This document shows, piece by piece, positions 13,210 through 26,598 of a stretch of 37,311 nt of DNA. Under the pieces are notes generated by a model. The model had not been told where the DNA came from. It made no database searches and saw only the letters and a program-made list of their open reading frames with translations. The translations under genes were made by a program, and so were the position numbers. Source of the stretch: Priapulus caudatus (Eukaryota); the NCBI RefSeq assembly GCF_000485595.1, contig NW_014577069.1:16742-54052 (forward strand). The letters run 5' to 3'. Each line of letters opens with the position of its first letter. The stretch's first letter is position 1.

Positions 13210-13703
13210 TATACAAAACGCAGACTGACCGTCACACCTGACGTACGCGATCAGTCAGATTCACATAAAACATATATCCACGCTAACTGGATATGCCTTC
13301 ACACCCAGCATTGCATAACGCACCGCGACACATACGCTTGTTCTCGACGCGATCATGTGCGGTCATATATCATAACATCTTCCCTCTTTAATGAAAAATA
13401 AACATTCCTCGCGTGAGTGCTTCAAAGGTATGCACTAGAAGTGTATATGTAATCTCAAAATCAAACATAACAAAGCCAATTACTAAAAAAGCCAAAAAAG
13501 CCTAAATTAATAAAATTAAGCCTAAATTACTCATAACCTAAAATGTACTAAAAAAGCAAAAAAAGCCAACTAGAGCCTACCTAAATTACTAAAAAAACCT
13601 AAAAATAAAAAACAGCAAAACGTAAGCGAATCCTCAACGTAACGTAAATCACTGCCTGCCATTACCTATATATTACGGAAAGTCTGACCATAAGCTATAG
13701 GCC

Positions 13704-13736
<33 letters not shown>

Positions 13737-14008
13737 TAGTATATATATAAATATATGTGTGTGGTCCGTGTGCATGCGTGCGGTGTGTGTGTATTGTGTG
13801 CGCATGCGTGCGTGCGTGTGTGTCGTGCATGCCGCAGCGCAGCGTGTGTGTGTGTGTATTGTCCATCGGTGCGTAGTGGCGTGTGTGTGGTGCATGCGTG
13901 CGTGGCGTGTGCGCATGCTGGCGTGCGTGTATGTGTGTGCGTGCGCGCAGTGGTGGTGTGTGGCGTGCGTGTGCGATGTTGGTGCATGCTGCGTGTGTGC
14001 GGTGTGTG
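13704..14008. repeat. (TA)n plus degenerate (TG/TGCG)n microsatellite
   Basis: Direct reading; homologous tract at ~15204-15437. Confidence 0.92.
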
Positions 14009-14531
14009 CTAAAAAATGCGTCGTAAAAAATAGTTACTATATAATGCATTATAATGTTAATTGTGGCTCGGCTGTTAGCGTTCAGATTTTCAATTTTACT
14101 GAATGCATGTTTTTCTGCATTCAATTATATAATGATGTCTAAATTATTAATTGAGAACGGACGAGATTGCAAGGATCAATAATTATTTGCAAGAATGGCG
14201 GACAAGGGGACGAATCGCATAGCCTCTATTCGTACTCGATATACTTTATTACATAACGTTAGCAGTGCCTCGGGCCCATGCCGTTCTAAGACCAGGGTGA
14301 CTACACTAGGATATAGAAATAATATACTAATAGTTGTTCTCTATGCTATGTCTGTATTATCTCTACGGTGTGTTTTATACTATTTCTAGTGCCACGTCGG
14401 CACGTCGCGCAAGGAAGTACGGCCGGTAACGTTTTCCACTACTTCGTTTCTTCTCTTCTTCGTCTTCTTCTTACTTGTTCTCTTCTTCTTTCTTCTTCTT
14501 CTTCTANNNNNNNNNNNNNNNNNNNNNNNNN

Positions 14532-15610
14532 TAGGCTTAGTTGGTTTAAAAAAAAAAGATAAATAAAAGCATAACTGATTTTACCATGAAAGCGATGCAA
14601 ATTCGGAAGAGTACTTATACCACCAGACATCACAGATACGTGATGCATGATGCTGCTCCTGCTACCACCACACCACCAAAAAATATAATCATTAATACCC
14701 CACTGTTTATACGATTCACTTGATAATACCCAATATATAATATATATATAACTATAGACGGTATATGCAGTCCAACCATAACTAAAGGTACACTACGCCC
14801 TAGACTTATAGGGAATAAGCGCTGTTATGTTTGAGCTTAAACATGTGCATAGTGAACGCAGGACTGGACGCACACTGACCGCACACTGACGTCACGCGAT
14901 CAGTCAGATTCTGAAACATATCCAGCTAACTGGAAATGCTTCACACCATCATGCATACCACGCACACATACGTTGTTCTCGACGCGGAGCATGAGGCGGT
15001 CCATTATTATCACTAACATCTTCCCTCTTAATAAATAAACATCCTGCGCGAGTGTTCATAGGTATGCACTAGAAGTGTATATGTAACTCAAAAATCAAAC
15101 CATAACAAAGCCAACGCGAATACTCACGTACCTAAAATCACTGCCTGCCATTACAAATAATGAGGGAAAGTCTGTACATAAGCTAAGCCTAACGACTACT
15201 ATAATATATATATATATATATGTGTGGGCTGAATGCGATCGCTGTGTGTATGTGTGTGCGTGCGTGCCGTGCTCGTGCGGGCGTGTGGCGTTCGTGCCGT
15301 GCCTGTGAGTGTGTGTATGTGTCCATGCGTGCGTCGTCGTGTGTGCGCGCGCGTGTGAGGCGTGTTGCATGCGACCCTGCGTTGCGGGTGCGCCGGAGTG
15401 CGGGTATGTGTGCTGCGTGCGCGCGCGTGTGTTGTGCTAAAATCGTCGTCGTAAAAGAATAGTATATATGCCTATGTATATGTTAATGTGCGGCCTAGGC
15501 GTCAGGAAATTTTAATTTTTACTGACTGCTCATGTTTCTCTTGAATTATAATAATGTCTAAATTATTAATCTGAGAATCGACAGATGCAGGATACATATT
15601 ATTTTCAATG
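14532..15610 (+). repeat. Second noisy copy of the ankyrin-gene 3' flank (homologous to 12330-14190 and 34380-34950)
   Basis: Collinear anchors: aggcttagttgg, tagggaataagc, ttgttctcgacgcg, ggtatgcactagaagtgtatatg, microsatellite, aaattattaat; many 1-nt indels. Confidence 0.85.
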
Positions 15611-18368
15611 ATGCGACAACGGGCCGATGCTAGACGATCTTGCATGCCGGATATACCGCGAAAGCGCGACACAGCGCCGCCTCGCGGCGCCTTTTGATCG
15701 AAAGGCTGTCCTCTTGGAAAAAATTTTCCAGAGCCTCTTCGTATAGAATAAGCCGCCATAATCGGTCAATTGCAGAGGTTGTGGGCCAGTCCAGAAGCCT
15801 TTCGAGTATGCACGTAGGCGAGCGATAATTCCAAACGTCGTTATTGTTGCTTTGCGGCTCGGGGCATCAACGTCGCACGATCTGATAAGTGCGCAAAACC
15901 ACAGTTCCTCTTCCTAGTAGAAAACGATTCTATTTCCCACGCCAGGTGGCACAGACCTGTTATAGTGGCCCTGAGATGAATTTCTCGGAAGGCGGATGAT
16001 CCTCTCCACGTCTATGAATTCATTTAAAAGCAAAAGGATTGCTATATCTTCATAACACCGACACCGTGATAGTCTTACAAGTCTTACGCTACCTCATATT
16101 ACTCAATCGACACTTTGACTTTCCTAAAAAATATGACAATATTGTCAGTCGCTAAATTACCACTTCTAGTATATTAAAACGCATGAGATCTCTGCACTTT
16201 TGTGATAAGCCTCGTCTGTAACGGTGCAAAAATAAATGCAAAATACGCAACCTTTTTCGGCGCCGCGTGCCACAGTCGACCGCTATAGCCGTAAAACTAA
16301 CTCCAGCTTAGGCCAACGCATTAGTTGGTCGACGCCAATTCTTCTCCCGGGCAGCACGTGCGTGGTAGCGCAGTTCTAGCCGGCAACTCGGTCACTGCCC
16401 GTATCCATCTTGACGCTCCAAGATGAATGTTCTGATCTTTGCCATTATGATTATCACGATGTTATCTGCAAAAGCTGCGCCTTCGTGCGTCAGCGCTGTT
16501 ATGATTAGTGAACTACATTAATAACGTACACTGTCCGTATGAATATCGAATAATTGTATGGATCGCAGTAATCAGTCCCTCGAGCACGCCATGGCCTGAA
16601 TAAAGACTTGTTATGCAGACCTTCCGATGATTATCCTTCAGGGCTATCTATACCGACTCCTACCAAATCCACAACCATCGGGCAGTCGAAGGAAAAGGGA
16701 CAACGCTACTATCACAGACTGTCGTTAAAAAATACGAGCTAAGGCAAGACATTATAGGTAGAAAGCCGCACCCGAAAGGTCTCTTCATGTGGATCCGACC
16801 TCAGAACAGACTCCCGCCATCGCTCCTGTACAGCGTCTGGCACGTGGATAACCATGTAGTCATGCGACGCCCGTTCTATAACTTACTCTATTCACAGGCG
16901 CACTAGAGAACGTTAGCAAGATTGATAATAATAAATGCTTAATATAAAAATAGAGAGAAGATTACTGATATTACTTAGGAAGCTATATCTGCCAAAATCG
17001 CTGCTTAAGGTACTATGAACTCCTTTCACGATATTTAATTACTGAGTACGTAACAGATGTTCTTGTACAATAGCACACACACGTGTTAAGTAGGTCTACT
17101 ATGTCACATCACTCAAACTACTCCGCTAGTAATGAGTCTCGAAAACGTATGATAAGATCATTCGTATATTGATCAGGATTATGAGTGACAAAGAACTCAG
17201 GGAATTCTCAAGAGAATTTGATCAATGAATGAGTAGCATCTGTATTGAATATTACTGTTTGCTAAATAGATGAGCATGTTTAGACCTTTAATAATTATGT
17301 AGTAAAAACAAGCTACACTAAAATGATGATTATGATATTTAATAGACCATAATATAAGCCTTACCTATAGTTCATAGTTAGCCAAGGTACTACTCATATA
17401 TAGATTAAACAGGACTGCACAGCTGAGAGCGTCTCTGTCACTAGTAAGTTGTGACATGCACAGGGTCACCAGTCATTGTGACAAAAATCGATGAAATCTA
17501 TCACATGATACACGACTATGACAGGCAAACTGTCGCAATAATCAGTGAAAGAGAGTATAGAAACATTCAAGGAATTTATGCCTATTACTAGTATCAGATT
17601 TCGTATTTATTATCAGTTATATGTTATTGAAAACGGTTCAAGTGCCTGTGTACGCTATATCAAATAGTGAACGACCTGCAGCTGCACGGATGCTAGCACG
17701 CACGCATTTCTACGACGACGCCAGTGATAAATTTATCACGCGGCACTGTATATCACCAGCCGTACACACATACGACGCAGATACAAGATACAGACTGCTT
17801 ACCTGATCATAGTAATGTTTTGGACAGCCCAAGATTGTTAGAACTATCAGTCGAGCGTTCTCATACACCACCTGACCCCAGCAGACGCAGGACCCCACGA
17901 CGGAGATGCCAGCTGTTATTTGTGACTAAGAGAACGCCGCCGAGACGAGCGAGTCTTGAGACGACATAAATATCAACATAAACTCACCGGGTTCCGCGAA
18001 GATTGTCCGAACTCAGAAGTGTGCGAGAGATCCCGCCTACACATTATTGGAAGCTGACTAGTGCAGTTATCTAAAACCTCTAAACAATTACTGCCAAGTG
18101 TTAGTTACACGTTGCATAGTAATTAGTTGATTGAACAGTCATACTCATCACGAAGGGCGGAATTAATTATGTGTATTTTGACACTACCGCTGATGTTTAA
18201 CTCTATATCCCCACACAGTATTGCCTGCTCTCCATTGCAGTTTTTGTGTTAACTGTTCTGTGCCGCCAAAATATTTCTGTGCGCACCAATATTTTTTTAT
18301 GTGTCCAACCAACGTGTTTCTGTGACCCGGACACCAGACATTCAGATCTTTACCCCCCCCTTAGGTCT

Positions 18369-18399
<31 letters not shown>

Positions 18400-18491
18400 T
18401 TCTTATTCGTCTTCTGAAATGTGCATTTCTCATTATTAGTCCCACTCAAGTGGGGTCGCTGCAATGGACTCTGCCACTATTTTTCTTTCCC

Positions 18492-18767
18492 TGTGCGTAT
18501 AGTATGTGAGTTTAGACGCCGACCGCATTTGAGCTCGACGGGCGATGAGTCAATGTCGATGAGGTCTGTGCGGTTCGTTATCTGTCTGTGCCATTACCGC
18601 ATAACGTACGTCTGTAAAGCTGTGGTCCTGACGCAGAGGGAACTGACGCACGAGTTGCTTTCACTGGAGTTGGACTGCAACCAAACAGTAATAAAGAATA
18701 AAATGAGTTTAGAGTCAATTCCGACGCGTACTTTGTTGGTGTCTATGTCAGTGTCGATAACTTTACG
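18492..18767 (+). mobile_element. Possible LTR-like segment
   Basis: Starts TGT, has AATAAAgAATAAA ~70 nt before an end resembling taactttac(a); next to a Gypsy relic; no TSD, PBS or second copy seen. Confidence 0.3.
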
Positions 18768-18837
18768 GTAAAATGTCCAAGCAATATATGATCGTTAGGG
18801 TGTGACCATAGACATGTACTATTATACAATACCTTCA

Positions 18838-19173
18838 CAGGGGTAGAAATGAACTTTTGAACAAGGGAGTCCAACGGACTCCCTACCCTCAAAAACAGGG
18901 AGTCCGCAGCAAAATGAGGGAATCCGGAGTCTGAGGTTCAAAATTAAAGATATTAACAATAACGGCATGTGCTTATTTTTAAGATTCATGCAGTTGCACG
19001 TCTGCTAAATTTTCCTTGGACATTAGCTGAAAAGGCCGTGCTCCGGAACGAACTAGTTAGTATGGCAGAATGTTTAGGGAGTCACACGGACTCCTGCATA
19101 TGTCAAATCAGGGAGAGTTCGACAGTAAATCAGGGAGTATTTGACTCCGGACCCCCGGTAATTTCGCACCCTG
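18838..19173. mobile_element. hAT-like MITE inserted in Gypsy pol
   Basis: Termini caggggtagaaat / atttcgcaccctg; repeated ggagtcc/ggactcc motifs; degenerate TSD (ccttca / tcttca). Confidence 0.72.
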
Positions 19174-20230
19174 TCTTCATAAGGCCACCAAGGAGTTGAG
19201 AAGACACGACGCCTCGCACGAGAAAGTGTCTAGTGGGTGAATATATCGAAAGATATCGAGCACATGTGCAGAGCGTGCAAAGCTTGCCAGGTACACCAAG
19301 ATGCCAATAAGCGGGAGCCACTTGTACCATATGCAACACCAGCCAGATCCTGGCAGCTCATTGCATCAGATCTATTCGAGATTAACAATCAGCAGTACTT
19401 GATTGTCGCGGATAGGGTTCGCGCACAAAGTACCCACTGGTCGATGTCATGCACACACCCGTTTCAAGCCAAGCAGTGGCAAGCAAGATTAAAGCCTACT
19501 GTGCTCGGTTTGGAACACCAGACGAGCTCATGACTGACAATGGACCACAGTACACGGGGCAAGCCTTCACACAGTTTGTCAAGTTATGGAGCATTAATGA
19601 CGTGACAAGCTCACCTCACTACCCGCGGAGCTACGGCTTTATTGAGCGTCACATCCGCCATGTGAAGCCTATCATAAAGAAGACGTTGGAATGTGGAGAA
19701 GATTTGCAAATGGCATTTCTAAATTTACGCGTCATACCTGTAGATACAGATTTNNNNNNNNNNNNNNNNNNNNNNNNNNNNNNNNNNNNNNNNNNNNNNN
19801 NNNNNNNNNNNNNNNNNNNNNNNNNNNNNNNNNNNNNNNNNNNNNNNNNNNNNNNNNNNNNNNNNNNNNNNNNNNNNNNNNNNNNNNNNNNNNNNNNNNN
19901 NNNNNNNNNNNNNNNNNNNNNNNNNNNNNNNNNNNNNNNNNNNNNNNNNNNNNNNNNNNNNNNNNNNNNNNNNNNNNNNNNNNNNNNNNNNNNNNNNNNN
20001 NNNNNNNNNNNNNNNNNNNNNNNNNNNNNNNNNNNNNNNNNNNNNNNNNNNNNTATTTAATTAATTACGTGCATGCTTGTAAATAATTATAGACGAGCCT
20101 GATCTGCTGTCATAAAGTGGTCACACGACACGAGCAGCCGCGAAGTTACGTCGTAGAGACTCCGAATGGAACACGCCTACGACGAAACCGCAGCCATCTG
20201 CGTGAGCTAACTACCGGACGGATGGTCAAG
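19174..20230 (+). mobile_element. Decayed Ty3/Gypsy (Mag-like) integrase
   Basis: HQGVEKTRRLARESV*WVNISKDIEHMCRACKACQ (HHCC zinc domain), ASDLFE, TDNGPQY, SSPHYPRSYGFIER core; after the gap PRSYVVETPNGTRLRRNRSHLRE; stop and frameshift present. Confidence 0.93.
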
Positions 20231-20657
20231 CTGTGCGATGAGGAGTCCAACCAGGCTTCCTGTGAAGCAGCTAATATGTCTCCAGCTAATGCTTAAGGTG
20301 ACACCTCGTCCCAGGATTCTAGTAGCGGGACAGATATCGTACCCAGTGAAATGCCTCCAGTCCAGGCAAGACCCGTCGCGGCCGCGTAGTAAAGTTGCCA
20401 GCAAGATTCCTAGAGTGAACGTACGTTAGTTGGCAACGTACGAAGTTATTAATCAATGCTGTGGAAGAATGACCCCTCCCCTGGACAGGAGGGCAGTCTA
20501 CCCCTGTGAATGTCCTAATTTGTTTATCCATAATCCCTAAGTTTGTACCGTTACTCTATGTAAACTGATAAACAATGATTTATAAGACATAGACGCTGAA
20601 CCAGCCTAGAACATTGTGTAAAGTCATTAAGACGTGATGCCATATATCTGTTTGCGT

Positions 20658-20938
20658 CAGGGGCGTAAATCCCGGGGGGGGATGGGGGATGCATCCCCCG
20701 CTCTTGAAGGAGGGGGGATGGCCTGTACAAATATCCCCCCCTGAAATAAAAAATAAAAGAATAGCCAAAAAGTATGGTTGCAAACATACAAAAACACGTG
20801 AAATTGTGAGACCCCACCTAGCACTGGCATGCCTATACGTACGGCACGCGGGCCTGCCTGCGGCAGCCGAGGTTAATTTCGCCCCCGGCTATCGCCGATC
20901 ATCCCCCCCCCACTCCTCGGTACGGATTTACGCCCCAG
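20658..20938. mobile_element. hAT-like MITE
   Basis: TIRs caggggcgtaaatcc / ggatttacgccccag; perfect 8-bp TSD GTTTGCGT. Confidence 0.92.
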
Positions 20939-20997
20939 GTTTGCGTAGATGTCAATGTTAGTCATCAATATAGGCTCTATGGTGATATCCATACTAC

Positions 20998-21035
20998 CAG
21001 AGCATATAAATCAACGTGTTGATTTATATGCTCTG
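20998..21035. mobile_element. 38-bp palindromic mini-element with 7-bp TSD
   Basis: cagagcatataaatcaac-gt-gttgatttatatgctctg flanked by ATACTAC on both sides. Confidence 0.85.
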
Positions 21036-21413
21036 ATACTACACTGTAAGCTACCGCCACCTAGTGCCAAACAAGCCTACTAAAGTTAACATGTACGTAA
21101 CAGTTTAAGAGATCCTATCTTATCGTTCTCTCCAAAGATGTCTAGGTAGAGTGAGGCTCATACTCATAATTATATAGTCTAGATATAGAATAGAATACAA
21201 TTTCATTCGTAGAATATTATCACTTAGTAACGCTGAGAGGGTCTATGTCCCCGGTGTACTGCCGGAACGTACCCTGCCGGACCGTTACGGTACCACCCTG
21301 GTCACTATTTGATATGGTTAGGGTTAGGGTTAGCCACAAGTTCCCATCTCGCTTAACATTACGTGGCGAGAGGTAGTCCTCCGCCGTGTAACTAGTCGGA
21401 GAGCCTGGACGGT

Positions 21414-23467
21414 TTCAATTCAATTCAATTCAAAAAATTTATTTATCACCACAATTAGCAAAGATACAATGATACAGAAAACATTAATGTGAGGGGTGAA
21501 GGGGTAGCGAAAGACCATAAGGTCATCGAGTCAGCTATCCCTTTATATGTACAGTAGACATAATATTGAGCACTAGATATTCGTGGTATTGCAAATTAGG
21601 AAAAGTTGAGATAAATTTGCAAATAGAAGTAGTAATGGTGCAGTATATACAGTGATAACAAACAAGAACAGTAATCAGTTTACAGTAATGTAGGCTACCA
21701 TAAATAATTTCGTACAGAAGAATATATATGAATTTGATAACTTAAGTTGAGATTAGGATAATTCACATCTTGGGTACAGTATATACAGAACAGGCATAAA
21801 AAAATAACAAAATATATACTAATTCAAAAGAAACATTTATACGAGCCGTAATAATATTTAATAAGTACATTCCGCAAGAAGCTGGTTATTACCTGATACT
21901 CACCGAATAGTCGTTTAAGGTAATCAGGAGATTTTTTAGTAATTATGAGTCCATGTAAATGTAATACAAAAATAAATAATATATCAGTAATATAACCGGA
22001 ATTGATACTGTCAAACAAAAAAAGAGAGAACGATAACAATTCTGCTCATCAAGGTGTTACATCACAAGGTAAGTCAAGTAATGGTGCAGTATATACAGTG
22101 ATAACAACCAGGAACAGTAATCAGTTTATAGTAATATAGGCTACAATAAATAATTTTGTACCGAAGAAGATATATGAATTTGATAAATTAAGTTGAGATT
22201 AAGATAATTCACATATTGGGTATAGTATATACAGTTATACAGAACCGGCATAAAAAAACTATACAGGAATATAGCCCCCGGAATTGATACTGTCAAACAA
22301 AAAAGAGAGAGAGCGATAACAATTCTGCTCATCAAGGTGCTACATCACAAGGTAAGTCACAGAAATAACAGATTTTTATTTTCGGAACTTTATAGAAATA
22401 GAAATAAACAGGTTTGATACATATAATATATACAAAAATAATAATACATATATATATAGAATGACAGAATGAGAATAGAATACAGTATGAATTTGAGGTA
22501 GCTATACGCATTAAGTAGGGCACGAATGAATCCTACAATATACGGGAGAACACTACAGCTCTGCTGAGCCCAGTTCAAGGATTCAAGGAATCTGTTCAGT
22601 GTAAGATATATTTGTTACAAGGTTTCCAATTGGTTACAAGGTGTGTTTGGTTTGGGTATATACTAAGTAATAGTGTATGATTATGGACAAGAATATTTTG
22701 ACAGTAGGATGTCTTTATATTTATATTTTAGTTGTTTTAAAGAGCAGTTGGTGAATTCCAGAGTAAGTTCATTCCATAACTTCGCTCCTTTGAATTTGAT
22801 TGTGTTCGAGCCATAAGCTGTCATGACTCTGTCTATAAAATAGTTTTGTCCTGCCGCGCTTCTTGTGTTATGGTCATGGACGTCTGATAGTTTGGTAAAG
22901 TAGGTGCTAAATAGTACCGGTAACATGCCATGTTTATATTTGTACATGAACAATATAAGTTCGTACTTGTGTAGGTCCGATAGTTTTAATAATTTAAGGG
23001 AGGTGAATGAAGGGGTTGCGTGATCCCTAAAGTTGGCAAATGTGATGAGTTTCGCTACCGTGTTATGAGTGGTATTTAATGGTTTAAGCGTAGTGATATT
23101 AGCATTGCCCCATGTTAGAATTCCGTATTGTAGGTAAGGGTAGATTAGGGCATAGTATAGTAATTTTAACGTCAAGGTGTCTACATAGTGTCTGATTTTT
23201 GAAAGATAGCCTTTAGTTTTGGTGACTTTATATGTGATATGTTTAATATGGGTATCCCATGTAAGTTGGTTATCCAGGTAAAGACCCAGATATTTTATAC
23301 TGTTTTCTTGTTTGATTTTATGCGAGTCCATACTAAGTTTAAAATTTTGTATTGCCTGTTTCTGTGATTTGTTGCATATGATCATATATTTTGTTTTTTT
23401 GTAGTTAACCGATAGTCTGTTTGACTTTAGCCATGAATCTACTTCAGCTATTTCTTGGATAACCACT
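21414..23467 (-). mobile_element. 5'-truncated CR1/L2-group (Crack-like) LINE; RT C-terminal ORF at 22681-23466
   Basis: WLKSNRLSVNYKKT, IKYLGLYLDNQLTWDTHI and LYYALIYPYLQYGILTWG motifs; long 3' UTR with stem-loop (~21501-21541), AATAAA and (TTGAA)n tail on the minus strand. Confidence 0.93.
21631..22359. repeat. Tandem duplication within LINE 3' UTR (21631-22076 and 22077-22359)
   Basis: Both units run agtaatggtgcagtatatacagtgataacaa ... catcacaaggtaagtca; second unit is shorter internally. Confidence 0.85.
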
Positions 23468-23998
23468 CATTATTTATGAGTCGCCTACGCCTACTCCCTA
23501 ACCCCAACCCTAACCACATCAGATAGACCCTGGCAGTACCTTGGCCCTGGGGGATATAGACGGTATTAGACCCTATGACTATGAGCGCCACTGGCATGCC
23601 AGTGCAGTTAATTTAATGCAGCGAGTTTAGACCCTAGCATGCACACACGCTTTTGCTAGTTATAACTACTTAATTACGAACTACAACTATAGTCATACGT
23701 ACCTCTATTGGAGAAGTTGGTAGGTGTCTCTCCATAGATAGCCATATGAAAACAGAAATAAGTTGTGTTTCCTAATTAAAGCAATAATGGGTTCCCGCTA
23801 TTGCCAGAGCCATCTGCTGACAGAAAACTGAAAAGACGATTTGCAATATTAGGGCCCTACGACATAATTTTACATTTGGGAATAGGATTTCACGAAGAAG
23901 TTGTTATTACATATAATATAACATAACATATATCCAGTGGTTGTAGAATATCTAGATGTAGCACGCTATATATATATATATATATANNNNNNNNNNGC

Positions 23999-24389
23999 CC
24001 GTTCCCTTCTACATGGCTTTACCTTGCTACTGATATGTGTATTACATTCACTTCAATCGTATTCACTTCTTAAAAAGATGTTTTTCCAGAAACCCCGCTT
24101 CATTTAACTTTAGTAAATTACGTTCGCCATTTGGCATTTACAAACAATCAGACCAATCAGAGCGAGTCTATCAGGCCTCCTGCAGCGCCACAGATGCAAG
24201 CGAGAACCAGGGGCTATTGTAAGACTCGCTCTGATTGGTCTGATTGTTTGTAAATGGTGAATGTGATAAATTTACTAAAGTGGAACGAAGCGGGGTTTCT
24301 GAAAAACAATCTTTTAAGAAGTGAATAACGATTGAAGTAAATGTATACACATATCAGTAGCAAGATAAAGCCATGTAGAAGGGGAACGG
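23999..24389. mobile_element. Foldback element with ~170-bp arms
   Basis: ccgttcccttctacatggcttta...aatcagaccaatcagagcgagtct is inverted as agactcgctctgattggtctgatt...taaagccatgtagaaggggaacgg. Confidence 0.88.
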
Positions 24390-24546
24390 TAGTTTTTTTT
24401 CGCGCCAATAGCGGCGTACGGGCCGCATTAGCAGCGCATGTATTTTGCATGCACGAAATTTCAATGAACCCCGTTCTGTCCCAATAACCCTCACCAAATT
24501 ATAAAAAAGGTTATATGGGCCAGAATTATTCGGTCTAACAGACATG

Positions 24547-25956
24547 ATACACGGATTTTTCTTACGAGTCCTTACGGATCCTTACGATTTGGCCACTTTT
24601 ACGAGCGATTTACGTGTTAATTTATTACGAGCTATTTACGGTTTGTTACGGATTATTACGAGTTATTACGATGTATTTATGGCAAAATTCCACGATTTGT
24701 TAAAGCCGCACCATGCGCATCTACACGCTAATTTCTCCAGTACTAGACTAGCAAATACTTCGTGTCATGCATAATTATAGTACCTTATGACAAAATAAAC
24801 TCTAGTTCCTCCCATTTCACTGCGAGTTGTCTTATAAAAGGCATTTGAAAATAGCTCCAATGTTGTTCAAATTCTCCGATGTTGTTGACACTTTCACGTT
24901 GCCCTGCCAAGCAACCGTGGAGCGGTGCTGCGGTACAGCGGTACAGGTGTAGCAAAGATAAAAACGTGACGTCACCTAACCGTTTCTTGGCGAAATTGTT
25001 TGGCAAACAATTTAACGTTGGCACCAGATTACCAGATTTTGCACCTCTTTCTTGTGGGTTTTAAGCAAACGCGCAGTGAAATGGTAGGAACTAGAGTTTA
25101 TTTTGCCATAAGGTAGTGTGCATGATTAATTATGCATGACACAAACTATTTGCTAGTCTAGTACTGGAGAAATTAGCGTTTGGATCCGCATAGTGCAGCT
25201 TGTCATGGATTTGTCACGGATAACTACGAGTACGAGCAACTTACGGGCATTTTACGAGCTTTTTACGGATATATTACGGAATGTTACGATTCATCGAAGA
25301 TTTTACGTGTTAGTTACGACCTGTTTACGTGTTGTTACGAATAGGTACGAGTTAGTTACGAGTATATATATATTTACGAGTCCTTGCGATTTTTTGGCAA
25401 AAAATATATAAAAATCCTGCAAATCTCAATCTATCATCAACTTGTTGACTGCCTTCCTCTTTGGAGCCATGCTTGTTACTTGTAGATATTGTAGAGTAGA
25501 TATGCAGAGATGTGACTTCTCTGACTTCTTGATAACAACTGAAAATGACGTGTTCGATTTTGCAGCCTTTCCCAAATCGTAAACAATACGTAAGAATACG
25601 TAAAGTATACGTATCTATTCGTAAAGTGCTCGTAATAACTCGTAACAATCCGTTACAATCGTACAATTATTACGAGTCATTTACGGATTATTGCGAGCAG
25701 TTTACGGATGGTTACGTGTTGTTGCGAGCGGTTTACGATACTTACGGATTGTTACGAGTTATTTACGGAAAAAATCAATCCGTGGACACTTGTGAGAAGA
25801 TTTTTGACATATCAAAAAATTTGCCTATCCTTTCACAGATGATACCCTTACGAGTATCTGCGAGTTGTGACGAGTTATTTACGGATGCTTGCGATTGACT
25901 ACGAGTTGGCGATCCGTAAAGACTCGTAAGAAAAATCCGTGTATGTGAAAGGGGTA
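24547..25956. mobile_element. TTACG-rich TIR element (Harbinger-like; left end truncated) hosting a Kolobok-like MITE
   Basis: atacacggatttttcttacgagtc at left is the inverse of gactcgtaagaaaaatccgtgtat at right, ending gtgaaaggggta; dense ttacg/cgtaa motifs. Confidence 0.75.
24704..25200. mobile_element. Kolobok-like MITE, copy 1
   Basis: Long TIRs (cgctaatttctccagtactagactagcaaata); TTAA at left only; highly similar to 26672-27160. Confidence 0.85.
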
Positions 25957-25959
25957 TTA

Positions 25960-26201
25960 AGGCCAAGACACACTGCAGCGACAGCGACCGACCGTAACAA
26001 CAAACGACTTTTCAGAAAGTTAGAAACTATTGTTGTTGTTTTTGTCGTTTGATCATGTGATGATATGTACCACTGTGGCGATCGAGTGCTGGGTGAACTT
26101 TGACCTAACGTCGGTCGCTGCAGTGTGTTTGTGCCCAGTCGCCGCGACTTTTGTCACTTGTCGTTATGGTCGGTCGCTGTCCCTGCAGTGTGTCTTGGCC
26201 T
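25960..26201. mobile_element. PIF/Harbinger MITE
   Basis: TIRs aggccaagacacactgcagcgacagcgaccgacc / ggtcggtcgctgtccctgcagtgtgtcttggcct; TTA on both sides. Confidence 0.9.
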
Positions 26202-26342
26202 TTAGGCACCTTACTCCTTAAGTATCACGAAGTGATGCACAGATTAGGGTTAGGGTTAAAGTTACGGAAAGTCTGTGCATCAGTTGATGATACGCAGAAA
26301 TCTGTGCATCACTTCGTGATACCTTTAGGCTAAGGTGCCTAA
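26202..26342. mobile_element. ~140-bp foldback MITE with internal TTAGGG motifs
   Basis: ttaggcacctta...gtatcacgaagtgatgcacagatt is inverted as aatctgtgcatcacttcgtgatac...taaggtgcctaa. Confidence 0.82.
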
Positions 26343-26598
26343 ACTGGATTTGCGCCCGATAAACTGTCATTATTATAATTACGATAGCTAATAACATGAA
26401 AATGTGAATGAAATGCTAGATGAAAAATAAGCATTTTTTTAATTATAATTTTTACTTGCAGCATAGACTGTTATCTAGCCATGCAGGCTTCAGCGTCTTC
26501 TAAATACATAAATTAAAATAAGTATTAGGTGGTAACTAGCTGACACGTGGAACTGGTGTCCCTACACCAACTAAACACCTTTACTATTTCGCTTTACT

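Larger units (their letters stand above)
21240..23562. mobile_element. Degenerate inverted-repeat element with subterminal (TTAGGG)-like motifs, apparently split by the LINE
   Basis: Left gtctatgtcccc...gtactgcc...tgatatggttagggttagggttag mirrors right cctaaccccaaccctaaccacatca...ggcagtac...ggggatatagac. Confidence 0.55.

Noticed and set aside
15610..17600. Possible coding or TE content in this stretch
   Set aside because: No interpretable ORF, TIR pair or internal homology found by eye; may be error-rich sequence
21317..21333. TTAGGG repeats as telomeric sequence (also ~23497-23517 and ~26244-26258)
   Set aside because: Only 2-3 units, embedded in inverted-repeat elements
19174..23467. Diversity-generating retroelement-like link between the RT/integrase and the variable ankyrin repeats
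   Set aside because: The RT is a truncated LINE C-terminus and the integrase is decayed; no template/variable repeat pair with adenine-specific changes seen
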